This document shows positions 58,741 to 64,000 of a stretch of 64,000 nt of DNA, one piece after another (position 1 is the first letter of the stretch; the number at the start of each line of letters is the position of its first letter). Source of the DNA: Terriglobales bacterium (GTDB lineage: Bacteria; Acidobacteriota; Terriglobia; Terriglobales; SCQP01). The notes beneath the pieces were generated by a model. It was not told where the DNA came from. It did no database searches and worked only from the letters and a program-made list of their open reading frames with translations. Made by a program: the position numbers and the translations under genes. The stretch spans positions 68,209-132,208 of the forward strand of contig DATNFK010000009.1 in NCBI GenBank assembly GCA_035606395.1, written 5' to 3'.

Positions 58741-59353
58741 CGTTCGCCTCCTGTCTCGAAAAGCGCCACAGCACCAGCGCCGCCAATGATTGTCCGGCGG
58801 CGAATGGCGCCGCCATCCGCCATGGCGCCAGCGCGGCGCCGTCGCCGCTGGCCAGGATCGATGCCAGGCCCGCCGCCAGGTACCATCCCGCCACGGCGAG
58901 TGTGGCCCGGGGGAGGAAGCGGCAACTGGCAAACACTCCCAGCGCAAAAAGGATCTGCCACAACCCCGGCAGCAGCGCCGCATCCGCCGGGCGCGCACGC
59001 ACCAATGCCATCGTCAGTAGCAGACCCGCCGCCGCGGCCGGCAAAAATTTTTCGAGCGCGCCGCGGATCATCTCTGGCGCCAACCCTTGGTGCAGGCGCC
59101 GCGTGCGCGCCACTCCCTCAATGGCGATCAGTGCCGCCGCCGCGGCGGCAACCACGCTCCAAAAATAGGCATAGGCGCCCGGCGCCACCATCGGTTTCGG
59201 CACCCATGCCTTCTGCACTGCGCCCGCCAGCACAGCAAGAGCCGCGGTGCCGCCCAGCGCCAGCGGTCCATAGCCGCGGAACTGCTCTGCCCGCGCCACC
59301 TGACCGCGAATGGCGGCGATATCATCCAAGGCCTGGCGCAATTCGTTCACCAT
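58724..59353 (-). CDS. polytopic membrane protein, unknown function
   Basis: The ATG is at 59353 and about 5 TM helices are predicted by eye. Its end overlaps the regulator start by 17 nt. Confidence 0.55.
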   Translation of the reverse strand: MVNELRQALDDIAAIRGQVARAEQFRGYGPLALGGTAALAVLAGAVQKAWVPKPMVAPGAYAYFWSVVAAAAAALIAIEGVARTRRLHQGLAPEMIRGALEKFLPAAAAGLLLTMALVRARPADAALLPGLWQILFALGVFASCRFLPRATLAVAGWYLAAGLASILASGDGAALAPWRMAAPFAAGQSLAALVLWRFSRQEANDGGTI

Positions 59354-59399
59354 TACTTTGTACTGCAAAGCACGGCGGCTGTCAAGTCTGCGCGCCCCG

Positions 59400-62030
59400 T
59401 CAATCCTGCCGGAGGGCGCGCACGGGATCCACCGCGGCGGCTCTCCTGGCCGGAATGAAGCTGGCGATGCCGGCAGCGGCAAGCATGGACGCGGTAACCG
59501 CGGCCAATGTGATCGGATCCAATGCCGACACTCCGTACAGAAGGGACGATACTGAGCGGGAGGCTACCACGGTAAGTGCCAGACCGATGGCAAGACCGGC
59601 CGCGCTGAATGCCAAACCCTGGCGCACCACCATTGCGATCACATCACGTCGGGCCGCGCCGAGTGCGATGCGCACTCCGATTTCGGCGGTGCGCTGCCGA
59701 ACTGTGTAGGCGAGCAACCCATACAAGCCAATCAGCGCAAGCAGGACAGCAATCGCGGCGAAACCGGCCAGGATCACGGTCTGAAAGCGGCGCCGGGCTT
59801 CGGATTCGCTGCTTCGCTCTGCCATGGTCCGGATGTCGGCGAGCGTCAGAGTCGGGTCAAGTCCCCGCAATACCTGCCGAATCGCTGGAATCAAGGTCGC
59901 GGGAGGGAGCGATGTTGCGATGGCCAGATTACCAGATGCTCGGGACGGAATGTAAATGGTTGGCAGAGGCACTGACTCAAGGTCGTTGCGTCGTACATCT
60001 GCCGCGACCCCAACTATGGTCAACCACTGTTGACTAAAGAGACAGCAGTGCAGATGGCCTCCTAGAGCGTGGCCGTGGGGAAAATAGCGCTTCGCGAAGG
60101 CGGCGCTGACAATCACCGGCGGCGCGGCATTGCTGCCGCCTGTCGGCATGTCATTCCAATTCAACGGGCGCCCTTGCAGCAGCGGCGTCGCCATCGCTTG
60201 CAGGAAATCTCCGGATACCTGCTGCCAATCCGCCTGCTGATCATCTTGATTGGCATAACCTTCGACAGAGAAAGTGGAGGTGCCAAGCCCGGCTGTTAGC
60301 GGCAGGTGATTGGTGCTCCCGACTGCGGCAACTCCCGGCAGTGTCGCAATACGCTCCTGCACCTGGCGAAAAAGGGAAGCCGCTTGCTGTTGCGAGTGCT
60401 GACTCTGGTCCAAGGCGACGCGCACGGTGAGGGTGGTAGGCGAGAATCCCTTGGCTTCGCGTTGGATATGAACATAACTTTTGATCAAAAGTCCGGCGCC
60501 GACCAAAAGGAGAACCGCCATCGCTACATTGCCGACAATCAGCAACTGCCGCATGCGCGCGTGCCCGCCGGCAACGCGACTACCGCCGACGCGAAGCCAT
60601 TCGCTGATGCGAGTGCGCGAGGCCGCCAGCGCCGGCAGAACGCCAAACAATACGCCTGTGCCGAGCGTTAGAGCGCAGGCGACGGCAAGTACCCGGCCAT
60701 CAACCGTCGCCTGCTCGATGCGGGGCAGGTTGGCGGGATGGATAGCTGCCAGGGCCTTCGTTGCCAACACCGCGAGCGCCGTACCCAGGATACCCCCGCC
60801 CACGGCGAGGAGCAGCGATTCAGTAAGCAGTTGTCTGACCAGGCGCGCGCGCGGCGCTCCCAGAGCGATTCGAATTCCCATTTCATGACTGCGATCCACG
60901 GCGCGCGCCAGAAGGAGGTTGGCCGCATTGCCGCACGCTACCAGCAACACCAGACCTACGGCCAGCGACAGCAATTCGAGCAGGGTGCGCGATGGGCCCA
61001 CCAGGGAATCCACCATACTCACCAAATAGGATTGTGTTCCTCGCATTTCCGGTACGTTCCGCGGGTCGAGTTGGGCGGCGATCTTCGACATTTCCGTCTG
61101 CGCTTGGCCGAGCGAAACGGTTGGCCGCAAACGGCCCAACACCGCCGACGCGAGCAGCATGCGGTTCGCTTGTTGTTGCGGCGTGAGCGCAACCGGTACC
61201 CAGATGCCCGTGCCACCGGCGGACATCTCCCCATGTCCTGGAAAATCGGAAGCGTGAGGATAGTTGAAACCAGGCGGCATAACCCCTACGATCTGACGCT
61301 GCGTTCGTCCAATCTTGACTCTGTGCCCGATAATGTCGGGGTTCTGACCGAACTGCCGGCGCCAGACATCATAGGAAATCACCGCAACCGGGTTGGCGGC
61401 CGGGCTGTCGTCACTGTCGGTAATGCCCCTTCCCAGGAGCGGCTTAACTTCCAACGTGGCCAGAAAATTTCCCTGCACAAAGGCGCCATCCTCGCGCACC
61501 GGATCCGCCGCGGTATAAAGCGTCAACGGAGATTGCTGAAAGGCTGTGATCGCCGAGAAGGAGTGGCTCATTGTTTGCCAGGCATTGACGTCCGCGAACG
61601 ACGGACCCATCTCTCGTGGCAGCGAGCTGTAGCGCGGTAGCGGGCTCCACATGTAGACCAGGCGCCCCGCGTCCCCGTAGGGTAGCGAACGCAATAACAC
61701 TGCGTTGACAATGCTGAAGACGCTGACGCTGGCGCCCACGCCCAGTGCCAACGCCAACAGCACGGCCGCCACGAAGCCGGGCGCGCGAGCGAATAAACGC
61801 AGGCTGTGGCGCAGGTCGCGATTCAGAATGCTTGCGTGTTCGCGCGGCGCGCTGCGCAGCGTATCGATCAATAGGCCTCGCCGCGCGCCGGCGCTCCGGG
61901 CATTGCGCAAACGATCGGCGATCACGCTCTCCATCTGGTCGCCGTACTCCTGGCGGAACTCGGCGGGATACAGGTGTAAAAGGGCGCGGTAGCGGAGTGG
62001 GAGCTTAGAAGCGGTGTGGCGTAAGTCCAT
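59400..62030 (-). CDS. ADOP-family duplicated ABC permease (two MacB-like periplasmic + FtsX domains)
   Basis: The ATG at 62030 gives MDLRHTASKLPLRYRALLHLYPAEFRQEYGDQMESV, the typical N-terminus of the PadR-associated acidobacterial permeases. FtsX-type TM bundles occur twice. Confidence 0.85.
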   Translation of the reverse strand: MDLRHTASKLPLRYRALLHLYPAEFRQEYGDQMESVIADRLRNARSAGARRGLLIDTLRSAPREHASILNRDLRHSLRLFARAPGFVAAVLLALALGVGASVSVFSIVNAVLLRSLPYGDAGRLVYMWSPLPRYSSLPREMGPSFADVNAWQTMSHSFSAITAFQQSPLTLYTAADPVREDGAFVQGNFLATLEVKPLLGRGITDSDDSPAANPVAVISYDVWRRQFGQNPDIIGHRVKIGRTQRQIVGVMPPGFNYPHASDFPGHGEMSAGGTGIWVPVALTPQQQANRMLLASAVLGRLRPTVSLGQAQTEMSKIAAQLDPRNVPEMRGTQSYLVSMVDSLVGPSRTLLELLSLAVGLVLLVACGNAANLLLARAVDRSHEMGIRIALGAPRARLVRQLLTESLLLAVGGGILGTALAVLATKALAAIHPANLPRIEQATVDGRVLAVACALTLGTGVLFGVLPALAASRTRISEWLRVGGSRVAGGHARMRQLLIVGNVAMAVLLLVGAGLLIKSYVHIQREAKGFSPTTLTVRVALDQSQHSQQQAASLFRQVQERIATLPGVAAVGSTNHLPLTAGLGTSTFSVEGYANQDDQQADWQQVSGDFLQAMATPLLQGRPLNWNDMPTGGSNAAPPVIVSAAFAKRYFPHGHALGGHLHCCLFSQQWLTIVGVAADVRRNDLESVPLPTIYIPSRASGNLAIATSLPPATLIPAIRQVLRGLDPTLTLADIRTMAERSSESEARRRFQTVILAGFAAIAVLLALIGLYGLLAYTVRQRTAEIGVRIALGAARRDVIAMVVRQGLAFSAAGLAIGLALTVVASRSVSSLLYGVSALDPITLAAVTASMLAAAGIASFIPARRAAAVDPVRALRQD

Positions 62031-62376
62031 ATTGCCTCGCATGAGCCAGTGATGCTTCCAGGCGCGCCGCCTCCGCCCGCGCCACTCGCCGGCCGAGAGG
62101 GGTGAGGCGGTAGTAGCGGCGGCGCGCATCGTCGTCGGCCGGCCGTTCCTTCCGGCGTAGCTCGGAGATCAAGCCCTGTTCCAGCATGCGCTTGACAGTG
62201 CCATACATACTGCCGGGATTGAGCTGCAGTTTGCCGCCTGTGCGGGCGGCCACTTCCTGCATGATGGCGTATCCGTGCTGTTCGCCGCCGGCGAGGGCGA
62301 CGAGAATGTGGAACGCCTGCGGCGAGAGCGGCAGCAGGGATTCCGGCGCGTTGTCGGGCGTGATTACCATGCGCAC
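62005..62376 (-). CDS. PadR-family transcriptional regulator
   Basis: Carries ALAGGEQHGYAIMQEV, LNPGSMYGTVKRMLEQGLI and RRRYYRLTPLG. The start is the GTG at 62376 or the ATG at 62370. Its end overlaps the permease start by 26 nt. Confidence 0.9.
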   Translation of the reverse strand: MRMVITPDNAPESLLPLSPQAFHILVALAGGEQHGYAIMQEVAARTGGKLQLNPGSMYGTVKRMLEQGLISELRRKERPADDDARRRYYRLTPLGRRVARAEAARLEASLAHARQYGLTPHRF

Positions 62377-62407
62377 AACTATATACTACAAAACTATAAT
62401 TGTGCAA
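62373..62407 (-). promoter_or_regulatory. 11-bp imperfect inverted repeat (GCACAACTATA-n11-TATAATTGTGC) overlapping a -35 TTGCAC / -10 TATATA promoter for the PadR operon
   Basis: Read directly from the sequence. On the minus strand it is TTGCAC(62407-62402)-16 nt-TATATA(62385-62380), with 9 nt to the ATG at 62370. Confidence 0.5.
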
Positions 62408-62489
62408 ATGATAGTGGGGCCGCTATGGCGCGGATCCCCGGAGCGTGCCGGCCGGCTGCGCCTCGCGCCCGCCGCACGCGGCCCCTGGG

Positions 62490-63389
62490 TCAGGGCCGCG
62501 GTGTTGCCGCTCCGCCTGGCGCTGATGGAATCCGCTTGGTCCCGTTAAGTTCGGCCGCCATGTCGGCAAGGTTGGGCCCGATGAAATGACTGTAGCCCGT
62601 CCATCCCGCATACTTCGCCGCCAGCGCCGCCGGCGTGGTTTGATGGCGCAGGTCCTCGATATAACCCCGGAACTCATCAACATCGGCGGCCGTACCCACC
62701 TCGCCATGGCCGGGAATAAACGCGGTGCCGGCGGGCGCGTCGGCGGCCAGGGTGCGCAGCGTCGCAACCAGAGGCCCGGTCGAGGCGTCAATCAGGTTGG
62801 GCAGCGAGTGCCGCCAGAACAGATCGCCGGTGAAAATCGCGCCCTCTGTTCGCACCACCGAGTCGCCGCCGGTGTGACCGGGGCGAACCTCGACCACCAC
62901 CCGGCGCCGGCCCAAATCGATCTCGACCCCGTCGTCGTAAACCAAATCCGGCGCGCGCAATCCAGCCACCGTGGCCTGCGCGGCCGCGGTCGGGTGTGGG
63001 CCAAAAAACTTAAGGTTCTCGGTGTGAATCCAGGCCCTGACGTTGCGCTGCGCCATGATGGTCGCGCCCGCGTCGGCAAACACCCGGTTTCCGGTAACGT
63101 GATCGAGATGGTAATGGGTGTTCACGACGAAGCGCACCGGCAGCGCCGTCTTTTCACGAATGGCCGCCAGCAGCGCCTGCGCCGCTTCGACCTTTTGAAA
63201 GGTATCGACCACCAGCACGGAATTGTCGCCGATGATGAACCCGGCATTGCTGCCCGCTCCACTTCCCGGCGTTCCTATGGCAGCAAACACACCCGGCGCA
63301 ACTTCATGCAGCGCGAAATATGGTTTTTGGGCCACCGCCATGGCCGTGAGCAAGGCCAGTGCCAGGGCCCAGCGCAGGCTAGTTCCCAC
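62490..63389 (-). CDS. secreted MBL-fold metallo-hydrolase
   Basis: Carries NTHYHLDHVTGN (HxHxDH). The preferred start is the GTG at 63389, with GAGGGGG upstream, giving the signal peptide MGTSLRWALALALLTAMAVAQ. The track start is 63455. Confidence 0.8.
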   Translation of the reverse strand: MGTSLRWALALALLTAMAVAQKPYFALHEVAPGVFAAIGTPGSGAGSNAGFIIGDNSVLVVDTFQKVEAAQALLAAIREKTALPVRFVVNTHYHLDHVTGNRVFADAGATIMAQRNVRAWIHTENLKFFGPHPTAAAQATVAGLRAPDLVYDDGVEIDLGRRRVVVEVRPGHTGGDSVVRTEGAIFTGDLFWRHSLPNLIDASTGPLVATLRTLAADAPAGTAFIPGHGEVGTAADVDEFRGYIEDLRHQTTPAALAAKYAGWTGYSHFIGPNLADMAAELNGTKRIPSAPGGAATPRP

Positions 63390-64000
63390 CCCGGCCCCCT
63401 CGCCCGCCGCGGCCACCCTGAGCGTCGGGCGGCGCTGTCGTTGTGGCCGGCGCACCCGGCACCGGAATGGACGTTAAGCTGGCCGGCGCGGAAAAGCTCG
63501 ACGGCGCCGAAGCGGCCGGCGAGTCATAGATGGCGTTGAACATGAACTTGTAGGTGCCGTGCGACTGCGCGCGCCATTGTGGCTTAAACCCGAACAGGTA
63601 AACCCGGCCCTTCCCGTACGCCACTTCGAGCGCCGCCGCCTTGCCCTCGAGGTAATTCGCCCCCAACAAATACCCGCTGGCCAGCGCCGAGACATGGTCG
63701 GGATAAGTCGCCAGAATTGCTCCGCGAAACCCCGCTTCAGTGGCGAACGCGGGGCCATTTTCAAACATAACGTGCGGCTGCTCCGGCAGCCCGGCCGTGT
63801 CCCGTCGCAGCGGCGCGTTCAAGTCAATCGTAAGCAGCGACCCGGAGCAATAAAACTCCTCCGGCTTCAGCTTGGCCAGCACGTTCACCACCGGCAGCCC
63901 GAACTGATCGATGGCAAACTGCGACGCGTTATTGAACGCGATCAGCGTACCGCCGGCGGCGACAAACGCTCGCAGCGACTGCACTCCCAACTCGCCAATG
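63379..64000 (-). CDS. C-terminal part of a larger hypothetical protein (5' end beyond right window edge) with disordered tail ending GGRGGRGGRGGN
   Basis: The frame stays open to the window end (IGELGVQSLRAFVAAGGTLIAFNN...). The track start at 63990 is only the first in-window start codon. Confidence 0.6.
   Translation of the reverse strand, partial: IGELGVQSLRAFVAAGGTLIAFNNASQFAIDQFGLPVVNVLAKLKPEEFYCSGSLLTIDLNAPLRRDTAGLPEQPHVMFENGPAFATEAGFRGAILATYPDHVSALASGYLLGANYLEGKAAALEVAYGKGRVYLFGFKPQWRAQSHGTYKFMFNAIYDSPAASAPSSFSAPASLTSIPVPGAPATTTAPPDAQGGRGGRGGRGGN

Overview
GC-rich bacterial chromosomal segment (by eye well above 60% G+C, with strong G/C third-position bias). It is almost fully coding: about 52 protein genes and 1 tRNA. 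I found no rRNA, CRISPR array, transposase, integrase or prophage genes. Several genes point to an Acidobacteria genome (Solibacter/Bryobacter-like): a TIGR03435-type soil-associated protein, a PadR plus duplicated-FtsX 'ADOP' permease pair, a >1200-aa CarboxypepD_reg/TonB-receptor-like protein, a sedolisin with Ig-like repeats, and a Ser/Thr kinase fused to a TolB-like propeller. This lineage call is inference from family recognition only, with no database search. Gene order, left to right: an edge-truncated hypothetical gene and a Tat-type PAP2/vanadium-haloperoxidase-like gene; phoH-ybeY; a GH27 alpha-galactosidase-galK-galT operon; rho and an acyl-CoA carboxyltransferase; a LolA-like gene plus FkbM methyltransferase; an amidohydrolase; ruvB-folK; an S41 protease; tatA-tatC; a DedA-like gene; nadB/aroB; a NucS-like nuclease-domain protein divergent from a small Zn-ribbon ORF and an imuA-imuB-SRAP-dnaE2 mutagenesis operon; a two-component pair; a giant S53 protease; bamA-skp; a second amidohydrolase; an orphan PD-(D/E)xK-like gene; a PQQ dehydrogenase; tRNA(CAU); TIGR03435 and VOC genes; a frameshifted TonB-receptor-like gene; a secreted hypothetical; a Ser/Thr kinase; and a co-directional block PadR-ADOP permease-membrane protein-wHTH regulator-uppS-B12 radical SAM, followed by an MBL hydrolase and a second edge-truncated gene. 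Most noteworthy: (1) a family of ~80-nt double-hairpin REP/BIME-like elements (5-6 copies) with textbook compensatory stem changes; (2) an uncharacterised 510-aa protein with a NucS/RecB-type nuclease core next to the SRAP-containing mutasome operon; (3) a cis-prenyltransferase (uppS) translationally coupled to a class-B (B12-binding) radical SAM enzyme, away from the usual uppS neighbourhood; (4) two disrupted genes (an amber codon inside a Tat signal, and a 1-nt frameshift). No complete, obviously novel multi-gene system could be proven from sequence alone. All functional calls rest on motif and family recognition by eye.
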